A stretch of 64,000 nucleotides of DNA from Obrimoposthia wandeli (GCA_977020255.1 CDROCS010000983.1:186001-250000), one strand, 5' to 3'. Positions 12,407 to 22,095 are shown, counted from the first letter of the stretch. The notes: generated from the sequence alone by a model not told the origin. Made by a program: numbers and translations.

Positions 12407-13807
12407 ATGGCAGAACCAGATGAATTCTTGGTATCGGTCAATGGAGACCCTGTTAAAGTAACGGGAATATTACCATGTACATTTATAATTGGACGTAATA
12501 CGATCACTATACCAGTTAGAATCATGAAAGAATGTCCTGAACCTACAATTTTAGGAATGGATGTATTATCACAACTTAAAGGGATAAGTATTGATTTACA
12601 AGATCCAAGATTGAAGGATAGCACATCAAACAGACAAATAAACCAAATTGATGTAATCATAGAGAATCCTATAAAAATCGGTAAAAGATCGCAATTTCTT
12701 ATTCAAGGTCACACATTATCAGAAGATAAAGGACCAGTTGTGTTCGAACCATCACGAGATTTCATAGAGAAATACGAATTACCAGTTGTGAGTACAGTAT
12801 GCCTGATCGAAAATCACAAAATACCAGTTAGACTGATGAATACAACCAACAATGACATCCTATTATACAGAGGAATGAGGTTGGGAAAGATAGCACAGAT
12901 GGAGAATCCCACCGTGTGTGCTATGAAACTCGATAAAGATACGAACGATTACGAAGAAATAGTAATCCAATCAGAAAGACTGACAACTAGAGAAAAGAAA
13001 CAATTACTTGATCTAATACATAAATTTCCGAAAGTAATTGCAAAAAATCCATATGACATAGGAGAAACACCTGTCATAAAACATACAATACCACTGACAG
13101 AAGACAAAGTAGTCAGAAGAAGACCATATCGAGTACCATTACAATTACAAGATGAAGTAAAAAGTCAGATTGAAGATATGTCTAAAACAGGAGTAATTAG
13201 ACCGAGTTTTTCGCCATTCTCAGCACCTGTGGTGTTGGTAAAAAAGAAGGATGGGAAAATGAGATTCTGTATAGATTTCAGAGAACTGAACAAGATCACA
13301 AGAAAAGATGTGTATCCATTACCTAGAATCGAAGAGATGCTCGATAAATTGGGTAATTCAGATTATTTTACGACATTGGATTTGCAGAGTGGATACTGGC
13401 AAATCGAGATAGAGGAAGAGGATAAACACAAAACAGCCTTTTCCTGCGGAGATGGATTATACGAATGCGAAAAGATGCCATTCGGACTGACAGGAGCTCC
13501 AGCAACATTTCAGCGTTGCATGAATTTTGTACTCGCATCGTGTGCAAACACGATGGTTTATATCGATGACATAATAATATTTTCGAAAACGTTCGAAGAA
13601 CATTTAAAAAATCTTGAAGTTGTATTTAAAAGACTGGAAAATGCTAAATTAAAAGTTAAACCTACAAAATGCGTATGGGCTAAAGAGCGAGTAACATTTT
13701 TAGGACATATAGTATCGAAAGAAGGCATTCGACCTGATCCGGCAAAGATCGAGAAAGTAAAAGCGCATTTAGCGCCAAAGACTGTTAAAGAGATACAGAG
13801 TTTTTAG
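12407..13807 (+). CDS. pol: Pol, N-terminal part: retropepsin C-terminal half, dUTPase-like spacer, reverse transcriptase
   Basis: SVNGDPVKVTG flap and ILGMDVL; RRRPYRVP, PFSAPVVLVKKKDGKMRFCIDFRELN, LDLQSGYWQI, MPFGL, YIDD; ends at a 1-nt frameshift in T5 (13801-13805) where QSFLGLANYYRRF is expected. Confidence 0.95.
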   Translation: MAEPDEFLVSVNGDPVKVTGILPCTFIIGRNTITIPVRIMKECPEPTILGMDVLSQLKGISIDLQDPRLKDSTSNRQINQIDVIIENPIKIGKRSQFLIQGHTLSEDKGPVVFEPSRDFIEKYELPVVSTVCLIENHKIPVRLMNTTNNDILLYRGMRLGKIAQMENPTVCAMKLDKDTNDYEEIVIQSERLTTREKKQLLDLIHKFPKVIAKNPYDIGETPVIKHTIPLTEDKVVRRRPYRVPLQLQDEVKSQIEDMSKTGVIRPSFSPFSAPVVLVKKKDGKMRFCIDFRELNKITRKDVYPLPRIEEMLDKLGNSDYFTTLDLQSGYWQIEIEEEDKHKTAFSCGDGLYECEKMPFGLTGAPATFQRCMNFVLASCANTMVYIDDIIIFSKTFEEHLKNLEVVFKRLENAKLKVKPTKCVWAKERVTFLGHIVSKEGIRPDPAKIEKVKAHLAPKTVKEIQSF

Positions 13808-13863
13808 GTCTTGCAAATTATTATAGACGATTTGTTGAACATTTTTCAGATATAGCAACACCA

Positions 13864-16800
13864 TTGAGAAAGTTGACGAGAAAAGATGAGAAGTTCATAT
13901 GGGGAGAAGAAGCCCAACAAGCGTTCGAGCATTTAAAAGAAAGATTGATAAAAGCACCAATATTAGCGTTTCCAGATATAAACCGACAATTCATACTTAT
14001 GACAGATGCAAGTAACTATGCTGTAGGAGCAGTATTGGGACAAGAGGATGACGAAGGAAGAGAACACGTCATCGCGTATGCGAGTAGAGGATTAAACAGA
14101 GCCGAAAGAGGATACTCTGTTATCGAAAAGGAATGTCTAGCCATAGTGTATTCGTGTAGACAGTACAGACACTATTTGCTAGGACAAAAAGTATTCCTGT
14201 ATACAGATCACAAACCACTACAGTTCTTATATAAACATAGAGATGAGATGAGTAGATTAAACAGATGGTTTCTAAAATTGGCCGAATTCGATCTAGAAAT
14301 CCGTTATAGAACCGGAAAGTCGAACGGCAACGCAGATTGTTTATCGAGATTGACAAATGTAGACGAGAAAGGAAACATAATTCCAGAAGAAGATGAAACC
14401 AATGACCAAAAAGGAGAAGCAAATCTACTGACGATTTTGCTAAAGACGGGTAAAATAGACAAAGAGATCATCAAAGAACAGAAAGAAGACGAAGAACTGA
14501 GTCTAATCAAAGAATTGTTGGTGAAAGGAGATCTAAACGATGAAATGACGAAAAAATACTCGATAAAAGAAGGAATCTTGTATATTGTCAATAATGTCGG
14601 AAAGATAGTAGTAGTAATTCCGAAGTCATTGAAACCAGCAGTGATGATCCAGTATCACGACGGAACACTAGGAGGACATCTGTCAGGGCGAAAGACAATA
14701 GCCAGAATCAAAGAGAAGTACCATTGGGATGGTATGGAAGACGACATAAAACAATGGTGTAAACAATGTAAAGTATGTTTAACCAGAAAAGACACCGGAA
14801 CTCGTACTAAAGTTCCGTTGAAACCAATGCCAGTTCCTTTGGCACCAATGGAATTCACAGCGATGGATATATTGGGACCATTGAGAGAATCAAGTAAAGG
14901 AAACAAGTATGTCATAGTATTTACGGATTACATGACGAGATGGGTAGAAGCATATCCCATGCAGAACCAGAAAGCTGAAACAATAGCGCAAATCTTAGTA
15001 GAAGAGATAATATTTCGATACGGAGTGCCTAGAAAGTTGTTAACGGATCAAGGTAAGAACTTCACTGGAGAAGTCATAAAAGCAGTATCGAAGATATTCG
15101 GAATCATGAAGTTACAAACTTCACCATATCACCCACAGACAGATGGTCTGGTAGAAAGGTTTAATAAAACTTTATGTATGATGGTACAATCCTATTGCTC
15201 AGATAAGCAAGAGGATTGGGATAAATATTTACCTTCATGTTTATATGCTTACAGGAATTCAGTTCGAGAGGCGACAGGTCACACACCATTCTATCTGATG
15301 TATCTCAGACAGAACAATATGCCAATGGATCTGGAATGGACCGAGCCAACATCTCAGTACCTAGAAACTGAACAATACATTGTCGTCATGAAGGAAAGGT
15401 TACAAGATGCTTGGACCAAAGCCGGATTGAAGTTGAAATTCAATCAAGAAGGTTACAAGGAACAATACGACAAAAAAGCAAAACCGCATGAATTTAGAGT
15501 CGGAGATCAAGTGATGATATTTTATCCAGTCATCGAACCAGGTCTATCGTTTAAACTTCATAGACCATACAAAGGACCATACAAGGTGATCCAGACAACC
15601 TCAACAAATTTGAAAGTAATCAACGAAGAGAATCGGAACAAGGAACCGATGATTGTACATGCAAATCGATGCAAATTAGTACCAAATAAAGATAATGCGT
15701 CACGATATGAGTTAAGATCACAGAAATCGAAATCGAATACCAATACCATTAAACTTACACGAATGGTAAGTGATCGGAACTACATAAACACGATGACGAG
15801 TGGTAGCGAGGAAAAACCAGCGAGAATTGGTATGCTCAGAATGAAGTACCAAGAGGAAAAGGAAGTAATCCGACACATCGCACCACAAGAGATATTAGAA
15901 GAAGACGAAGAGATAATAGTTGTTTTCGAAAAAACACAACCAACAGATGTGGCGAAAGAAGTCATTGTGAAAGATGCACTGACAAACGAATTTCTATGCG
16001 AACTTAGAGTGTCATACTACGACGGAAATACATTAGTCGCATCACTATATCAAAATTCCAATGTGTTTACGACTGAGAAAGTGATAATCGAAATCACATT
16101 GACACCAAACATAGTTGCATGGCAGAACTATGACAATACTGAAGCAGGACTAGCCAGTCAGGAAGAGAAGGAACCGGCCGGTGGTCACATACTGCATGGT
16201 ACACCAAAAAGACTCAAACAAGAATACCACGATGTAATAATGGTATTACGTAATTCACATGGGAAAAGAGATATCATGAGAGTCCATTTAATCGACGCTG
16301 ACACTGAAAAGATAATTTGTCAGATGGACACCAAATACTTTGATGGAAAGACAATTGTATGTTGTATACCAGAATCTCACCGATTAGAGACAGATCAAAC
16401 GGAAGTATCTGTAAGGTTGAGCGTAATAGAAGGATTCCATTCGCCAACCCATCCGGAAGTGACTAACAATAAAATCATCAAAGCAACGGCAGAGTTACGC
16501 ATTGACAGCGGATACCGGAAGTGGGAGGCTAAAAATAAAAAGCCACAAAGAATCAATATGATCCGAGAACAAGTGACCAACTCAATCCAGCCAAAATATC
16601 ATGCTGAAATAGTATCATCCGCGCCAAGTGTAATCACATCGATAAACGACGAAATTATAATTTTACTAAAAAATCGATGGCCGTCATCAACCGAGATACG
16701 AGTAAATTTAATTAATTATGCGAAGACACCGATATCTAAGCTGAATGTTACCTATTTTGATGGATTGTCCATCATGGGTAAATTAGAAACAATTGTCATG

Positions 16801-17280
16801 TGCTATGGAGCACAGTTCCAAGTTGAGATACTTAAAGATAGTGTAATACCGTATCCGATTCACAAATACGAAGGGGAAATCAATCCAATTATTCTAACAC
16901 CTTCATTAATTTCAGTTCAGACAGACATACCAGAATACCCTTCGAGCGAGTCTAGTGAAGACAGCGAACCGGAAAGTAACGATACAGAATCAACAGAATC
17001 CGAAGATAACATAATAGAGCGATTCGGAAGAACCATGGAGATTGAATTCGCTAAAGAGAGCAGAAAAAGACAAAACATAGAATTCGTGAAACAGAATATA
17101 CAAGAAAGACGAATTAAATCTGCAGAGGAGACCGAGTCGGAAGAAGACTCAACAAAGGAACAGACATCAGAGACAAAGATGAATATCCCTCCAGCAATAC
17201 GAATGCTGAGAGGAAAGAAACTGGCAAAACTAACTAACATCGACGAACAGATAGAAGAGATTAGAAAGACTAAAACTTGA
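13864..17280 (+). CDS. pol: Pol, C-terminal part: RT connection, RNase H, integrase (HHCC, DDE, GPY/F) plus ~500-aa extension
   Basis: TDASNYAVGAVL, EKECLAI, TDHKPL; H-x6-H...C-x2-C; MDILGPL, TDQGKNF, GLVERFNKTL; YKGPYKV; frame is open from the frameshift at ~13806. Confidence 0.95.
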   Translation: MRKLTRKDEKFIWGEEAQQAFEHLKERLIKAPILAFPDINRQFILMTDASNYAVGAVLGQEDDEGREHVIAYASRGLNRAERGYSVIEKECLAIVYSCRQYRHYLLGQKVFLYTDHKPLQFLYKHRDEMSRLNRWFLKLAEFDLEIRYRTGKSNGNADCLSRLTNVDEKGNIIPEEDETNDQKGEANLLTILLKTGKIDKEIIKEQKEDEELSLIKELLVKGDLNDEMTKKYSIKEGILYIVNNVGKIVVVIPKSLKPAVMIQYHDGTLGGHLSGRKTIARIKEKYHWDGMEDDIKQWCKQCKVCLTRKDTGTRTKVPLKPMPVPLAPMEFTAMDILGPLRESSKGNKYVIVFTDYMTRWVEAYPMQNQKAETIAQILVEEIIFRYGVPRKLLTDQGKNFTGEVIKAVSKIFGIMKLQTSPYHPQTDGLVERFNKTLCMMVQSYCSDKQEDWDKYLPSCLYAYRNSVREATGHTPFYLMYLRQNNMPMDLEWTEPTSQYLETEQYIVVMKERLQDAWTKAGLKLKFNQEGYKEQYDKKAKPHEFRVGDQVMIFYPVIEPGLSFKLHRPYKGPYKVIQTTSTNLKVINEENRNKEPMIVHANRCKLVPNKDNASRYELRSQKSKSNTNTIKLTRMVSDRNYINTMTSGSEEKPARIGMLRMKYQEEKEVIRHIAPQEILEEDEEIIVVFEKTQPTDVAKEVIVKDALTNEFLCELRVSYYDGNTLVASLYQNSNVFTTEKVIIEITLTPNIVAWQNYDNTEAGLASQEEKEPAGGHILHGTPKRLKQEYHDVIMVLRNSHGKRDIMRVHLIDADTEKIICQMDTKYFDGKTIVCCIPESHRLETDQTEVSVRLSVIEGFHSPTHPEVTNNKIIKATAELRIDSGYRKWEAKNKKPQRINMIREQVTNSIQPKYHAEIVSSAPSVITSINDEIIILLKNRWPSSTEIRVNLINYAKTPISKLNVTYFDGLSIMGKLETIVMCYGAQFQVEILKDSVIPYPIHKYEGEINPIILTPSLISVQTDIPEYPSSESSEDSEPESNDTESTESEDNIIERFGRTMEIEFAKESRKRQNIEFVKQNIQERRIKSAEETESEEDSTKEQTSETKMNIPPAIRMLRGKKLAKLTNIDEQIEEIRKTKT

Positions 17281-17293
17281 AGAGTCAGAATTA

Positions 17294-17791
17294 ATGCCAC
17301 AAATGAGTGAGATCATTCCAGGTAAGTTGTACCTCGGAAATGTGGAGGATGCAACAGATGAAAAGAAACTGTTGGAACAAGGGATAACATATGTGATCAA
17401 CGTTACAATGAATCACAAATCGCAATATCAGACGATCAGAGCTATGACATTAAGAGTAAAAGACTCAATGGATGCTAATCTTCTCGAATGGTTCGTAGAA
17501 ACAAACGAAATACTTCACAGAGAACTCCGAAACCAAGGAAAAGTGTTGGTACATTGCCAGAAAGGAATTTCTCGATCAGCAACTCTAGTATTAGCATATC
17601 TAATAAAGACTAGACGAATGCAGGTACTAGAAGCGCTAAAATACCTACAGGAGAGAAGAAGTATTGCAAACCCAAATCTTAATTTTTGGGACAGTTGGCA
17701 AATTACCAACTTCTGTTGCAAGAACAAAGACGGATGGACGACATTCCTGAGGATCCAAAGGAAAAGAATTTCCTCCAAGCATTATCACTGA
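17294..17791 (+). CDS. Dual-specificity protein phosphatase domain (catalytically intact motif), frameshifted into the next ORF
   Basis: SEIIPGKLYLG, VINVT, general-acid D in VKDSMDANL, HCQKGISRSAT (HCx5R), AYLI, NPNLNF; adding 1 T at 17683-17687 gives NFLGQLANYQ continuing into 17686-20133. Confidence 0.9.
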   Translation: MPQMSEIIPGKLYLGNVEDATDEKKLLEQGITYVINVTMNHKSQYQTIRAMTLRVKDSMDANLLEWFVETNEILHRELRNQGKVLVHCQKGISRSATLVLAYLIKTRRMQVLEALKYLQERRSIANPNLNFWDSWQITNFCCKNKDGWTTFLRIQRKRISSKHYH

Positions 17792-20133
17792 CTGGGTTAT
17801 TTTTAGCCGGAGTCGATAAAATTACACAGATAATGCCAAAAGTATTTTTATGTCATCCAGGAGATATAGATACTGCTGGATTAAAGTTCCATAGTATCAA
17901 CCGAGTAATCAACATTGTTGAAGTCGGAAACGAAATAATTAGTCTGTGTCAAAATACTGAAGATGACACCACTCGATACATACATGCTTCCAATCGAGAG
18001 ATAAACGATGCACAACAACATCTGACGAAATTGACTCAAACCATCCAAGCTGAAGTCACAGAAGGAAACGGCGTTCTGATATATCAGAAAAAAGGTACAA
18101 TGTTAGCGCCTACCATAGGTGTATCCTTGTTGGTAGAGTACCATGGTCACACGCCAGAAGAAGCAATGGTCTACATCAAACAGAATAGACCGAATACGGA
18201 ATTCAAACCGTTACTCGTTCGAGAAATAGAGAAATACACCGAAAAGAGGAAACAACAACGAGAAACAAATGAAGCTACAACAACAGTGCCCAGCTTTCAA
18301 TACCAAAGATTGCTAGCGATAGGCTTGTTAAGTTGTTTAATGCCGATAACGGGAGCACAGGAGATAGGCTCCAACCACGGAAATAGTTCCTGGTTCAACG
18401 AAATCCACAATTACACCATAAAGTACCATACACCGGCACTGATGATGTTATTAGTGTTGTTAGAACTAATTGATGTATGGATCATCCGAAAATGTCTTCG
18501 ATCTATGAGAACCGACAGTAAAAGATTTCAGTTTGTAAAGATGAAAAGACCAAATGGACCAACAAACAAAGTGCTTGTGTATCTAGACGAAAGGATCGAG
18601 GACAACATAGTAAATGAAGCGATATTTTACCCACAAAACAGAATACTGAATCAATTTCGAATAGATTACGAAGCTGACCGACAGCGCACACTTGACCAAA
18701 TATCAACAACATTCGCTGGATGCAAGCAGAAGAAAACGAGTTGTAAAGGAAATACAAAAGATGCTGATACAAAAGGACCAACGTATATATTCGATGGCGA
18801 TGTCATCAAAACACGTGAGTATGGAAGTAAAAGAGTGATAATTGAAACAATGGAAGGACATAAAACATGCTTGTCCGCCAAAAATGGATTCGGAAAGTTG
18901 ACGATACAAGGTAAACCAGTACAGTTGATTATCGGACGAGATGGAATCGAGGAAATGTCAAAACAACGACAGACAACAAAACGAACCAATCAGAAACAGA
19001 TATCTCTCAAACGATTGATAATTAAAACCCTTTGCAAAAGGTCAGTCAAGGCCCTGTGCACCGTTGCACAAGGATTGATTTATGGAGTAGTAATTGGATT
19101 GGTACTGCAAGCCATGCCAACCAGTAAAGCCGAATTGATGACACTATCCGAATATAATTTACATTTGAGAAATCTAGACAACACCCTAGAAATAATCAAG
19201 ACATCCCACAGTAGAGCCGTGATGATCATGTGTGTAAAAGGATGTCCAGGACGAATGTGTATAGTCCCAGCGACCGAAATGATAACACTTAATGGACATT
19301 ATGGAGTTAGTGTTGTCACATGTGAAGACTACATATTTGGACAAACTAAAATAGTGCTTCTCAGTGACATGTCCAACCAAAGTGCACACAAATTTAAAAT
19401 ATTAACCATCAAGAGTAAAGGAATACCAGCAGTACGTTACGGTATTCTAGAATTGGTTAATCCAATACTCGCACTGATCATTGGATTTATAATATTAATA
19501 TTACTCATCTTGTTTTGTTGTTCAAAGATAGAGTCGAGATCAAAAAAGAAACGTCATGATCTCGCAAGACGAACAGGTCAAATGAACTTACAAAAATTCA
19601 ACACAATTATACCAAGACCACCATTTTTAGATGAACCAGCACCAGAGTACCAGCCAACGATATACGAACACATCGAGGAAAGACCGTACTATATGAGTAA
19701 TTTGACTTGTTTCATTGAAGTTCCTGAGTTTAGGAATCGAACGATCATAGGAATCATGCTGATCGTACAAATCACCACTACCAAGGCTAGTTATGAGATC
19801 ATGATCAGTAAATGGAGACAAGACGTAATACGGGCAATATACATAGAAATTCCCCTACTAAAAACAAATCACGTAGTAGACATTCATCTACAGACGTCAG
19901 CAACTGACAATATCGATCAGAAATTGTATGTCATTCGACAGGTCAGAATAAAAATCGACCAAGATACACCCGTTTACAATTTAATATTATTGCATCATGA
20001 AAGAGTGTTATACCTACGGATAACAATATCAAAGAGGAAGCGGATTATCCAAAGTATCCGAACAAAGTCATTAATATTACCTAGAGATGAGCGCATCTGG
20101 AAAAATTGTCGACAGGATTATGATCACAGGTAG
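17686..20133 (+). CDS. Accessory polyprotein: pseudo-DSP domain followed by signal-peptide/ectodomain/TM modules
   Basis: 17821-18237 aligns by eye with the DSP (ITQIMPKVFL; YQKKGTML in place of HCQKGISR); hydrophobic segments at 18307-18357, 18436-18486, 19075-19131, 19465-19521, 19741-19788. Confidence 0.75.
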   Translation: MGQLANYQLLLQEQRRMDDIPEDPKEKNFLQALSLTGLFLAGVDKITQIMPKVFLCHPGDIDTAGLKFHSINRVINIVEVGNEIISLCQNTEDDTTRYIHASNREINDAQQHLTKLTQTIQAEVTEGNGVLIYQKKGTMLAPTIGVSLLVEYHGHTPEEAMVYIKQNRPNTEFKPLLVREIEKYTEKRKQQRETNEATTTVPSFQYQRLLAIGLLSCLMPITGAQEIGSNHGNSSWFNEIHNYTIKYHTPALMMLLVLLELIDVWIIRKCLRSMRTDSKRFQFVKMKRPNGPTNKVLVYLDERIEDNIVNEAIFYPQNRILNQFRIDYEADRQRTLDQISTTFAGCKQKKTSCKGNTKDADTKGPTYIFDGDVIKTREYGSKRVIIETMEGHKTCLSAKNGFGKLTIQGKPVQLIIGRDGIEEMSKQRQTTKRTNQKQISLKRLIIKTLCKRSVKALCTVAQGLIYGVVIGLVLQAMPTSKAELMTLSEYNLHLRNLDNTLEIIKTSHSRAVMIMCVKGCPGRMCIVPATEMITLNGHYGVSVVTCEDYIFGQTKIVLLSDMSNQSAHKFKILTIKSKGIPAVRYGILELVNPILALIIGFIILILLILFCCSKIESRSKKKRHDLARRTGQMNLQKFNTIIPRPPFLDEPAPEYQPTIYEHIEERPYYMSNLTCFIEVPEFRNRTIIGIMLIVQITTTKASYEIMISKWRQDVIRAIYIEIPLLKTNHVVDIHLQTSATDNIDQKLYVIRQVRIKIDQDTPVYNLILLHHERVLYLRITISKRKRIIQSIRTKSLILPRDERIWKNCRQDYDHR

Positions 20134-20596
20134 ACGACGTAAAGCCGTATGGAATTCCGTTAGGTTATTTTTCAGATTGCTAGAAACTGACAGCGTGACA
20201 GTAATGTGTCCCAACCCAGATGGCGTAATCAGATTCGAAATCCAAAGCCAAATGTTAGTACCACATTTCAACACAGAATGTCTGTGTAATCGAATTGCCA
20301 GTAATTCTACAGAGACCTCGACCATAATCATGATAATAACAGGTGAAATATTCTACATAACTCTAAGATACCAGAACCGTCGATTTCGTAGATACGGTAT
20401 AAGTATCAAACCCAGGAAAATCATTCCCAAAAGACCAAGCCTCGTCATACAGAAGGCAAAAGTAAACGAAAGTAAACGACATTCCAAGAAACCGACAGTG
20501 ATCAAAACAAAGACAGAAGCGAAAGAAAAAGAGCTAAATCCCAGAAACCAAAGTACAATTATTAAGAGGACAAGAGTGAGGGAACGATCCCACTAG
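20087..20596 (+). CDS. Probable frameshifted continuation of the accessory polyprotein
   Basis: Overlaps both neighbours; same A-rich codon style; no recognisable domain. Confidence 0.5.
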   Translation: MSASGKIVDRIMITGRRRKAVWNSVRLFFRLLETDSVTVMCPNPDGVIRFEIQSQMLVPHFNTECLCNRIASNSTETSTIIMIITGEIFYITLRYQNRRFRRYGISIKPRKIIPKRPSLVIQKAKVNESKRHSKKPTVIKTKTEAKEKELNPRNQSTIIKRTRVRERSH

Positions 20597-20973
20597 ATCC
20601 AAAACATCATTTTCAATCCAAAATAATAATACCTGTTCCACCAGAAACAAAACACCCAAATCCCCGAATTTTTAGAAAATCGGACATAATACATGGAAAC
20701 CGATCAAAACCCATGGAAATGTCATTCGAACCGACAAACAACAAAATGAAGTATGATTATAAATCATCAGACAGCGGAATAACAGCGGTCAATGCCCTAA
20801 TTGGAATGGCCGTAGTGTCAACAGCAGTGGTTTTATTGACAATCGTGTGCGTAAAAGGCAGTCAAGTATGCCCAGGAATACGACGAAAATGCGAAGGATT
20901 GCGATGCTGTGACACACCCATCATGGAGGAAGTGGAATTGCGACCCTTACCTCCGCCTCCCATCAAGATATGA
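20566..20973 (+). CDS. Terminal segment with TM helix and Cys/Pro-rich tail (ATG at 20713; frame open from 20566)
   Basis: ALIGMAVVSTAVVLLTIVCV (20794-20853) followed by CPGIRRKCEGLRCC and LPPPP. Confidence 0.6.
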   Translation, partial: EDKSEGTIPLDPKHHFQSKIIIPVPPETKHPNPRIFRKSDIIHGNRSKPMEMSFEPTNNKMKYDYKSSDSGITAVNALIGMAVVSTAVVLLTIVCVKGSQVCPGIRRKCEGLRCCDTPIMEEVELRPLPPPPIKI

Positions 20974-21096
20974 TGAGTCAGAGGAGGTTGTAGATAAATT
21001 AGTGTGTGAAATATGTAGAAATATCTAGAAGCGATTGTACAAATAGTAGAAGTATATAAAACTCATGTAGAAATTAATCATCATCATGTATTTAGA

Positions 21097-21396
21097 ATGG
21101 CCGAAGAATGCCCAATATGTTTAGAAGATCTAACCGAACGAAGAACAAGACCCGAAACCTGCAACCATTTACACCACGAGGAATGTTTATCGACATGGAT
21201 CAGAACTTATGGACAGTTCGGACACCCAACATACCCTCGTTGCCCTATATGCAGAAGACAATTCGCAAGATTCGTCATGTTAGAACCCAACCAAAGGGAT
21301 GTATATGTACAGGTGGTATTCTGCTGGAAGAATTTCGGAGAGTGTTGGTGTTATTACTGTTTGTCAGATCGACAAAATCAGACCATTTTTGTGTAA
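21097..21396 (+). CDS. RING-H2 protein 1 (putative E3 ubiquitin ligase)
   Basis: CPIC...CNHLHHEEC-LSTW...CPICR = C3H2C3; extra C-x6-CWC-x2-C motif. Confidence 0.9.
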   Translation: MAEECPICLEDLTERRTRPETCNHLHHEECLSTWIRTYGQFGHPTYPRCPICRRQFARFVMLEPNQRDVYVQVVFCWKNFGECWCYYCLSDRQNQTIFV

Positions 21397-21456
21397 AGAT
21401 CACACAACCACCAGTCCTCAATCGAGCCCAAATTCAACATCAACCCTCCCACAGTA

Positions 21457-21762
21457 ATGTCTGGAGAATGTTCCATCTGCTACGAGAGCATCGTGGACTT
21501 CTACACCAAGCCCAACAACTGCGACCACCTTTTCCACGTCGAATGCCTCGAGACGTGGATCCCCATCGCAAACAGCAACAACCCTCTCGACTTCCCAACC
21601 TGCCCGATGTGCAGAGCGACCTTCTCAGTACACTACGTGTACAACCAAGACAGCCTCCAAGCAGTGGTACCCATCGTACACTGCTGGAAAACCATCTGCG
21701 ATTGCTGGTGCTCGTTCTGCGTGGAGGAGCGAAGCACAGGCCAGCCCAATCCCCAACAATAA
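21457..21762 (+). CDS. RING-H2 protein 2 (putative E3 ubiquitin ligase)
   Basis: CSIC...CDHLFHVEC-LETW...CPMCR; extra HCWKTICDCWCSFC motif, paralogous to RING 1. Confidence 0.9.
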   Translation: MSGECSICYESIVDFYTKPNNCDHLFHVECLETWIPIANSNNPLDFPTCPMCRATFSVHYVYNQDSLQAVVPIVHCWKTICDCWCSFCVEERSTGQPNPQQ

Positions 21763-22095
21763 TCGAAGGTAACTTTCTGACTTGAACGTGACATCATGAA
21801 CTACCCTGTGTATCGCATACCGCGATAAATTAGCTACCATAATTGTAATCATAATTATAGAATCTTGTGAACTGTAAATTGACCATTACCATTTTTATGT
21901 ATGATGTTTAACTGAAATTGTAATTATTATACTGAATTTCTAAAAAAGACAATTTTTATGCTTAGTGTGAATGCGTAAACATGCCTAAAATCGAAACAAA
22001 ACTCGGTAGGATTAGATAACTAAGGATTCATTTTGAAATAAAATTTAAATTAACGATGAGAACGGTGAACCCCAAATTGAAGGAGTCATTTTCTC

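Noticed and set aside
13795-13810. Programmed -1 frameshift in pol
   Set aside because: No canonical X XXY YYZ heptamer and it falls within the RT connection region; a homopolymer indel is simpler.
14120-19821. Numerous - strand ORFs within the retrotransposon
   Set aside because: Antisense shadows of long purine-rich + strand ORFs.
21108-21785. 225-aa ORF overlapping RING 1 and 2 (and 22056-22397 overlapping RING 3)
   Set aside because: Both lie in the same shifted frame relative to the RINGs, where C-ending codons suppress stops; no recognisable domain. Overprinting not excluded but unsupported.
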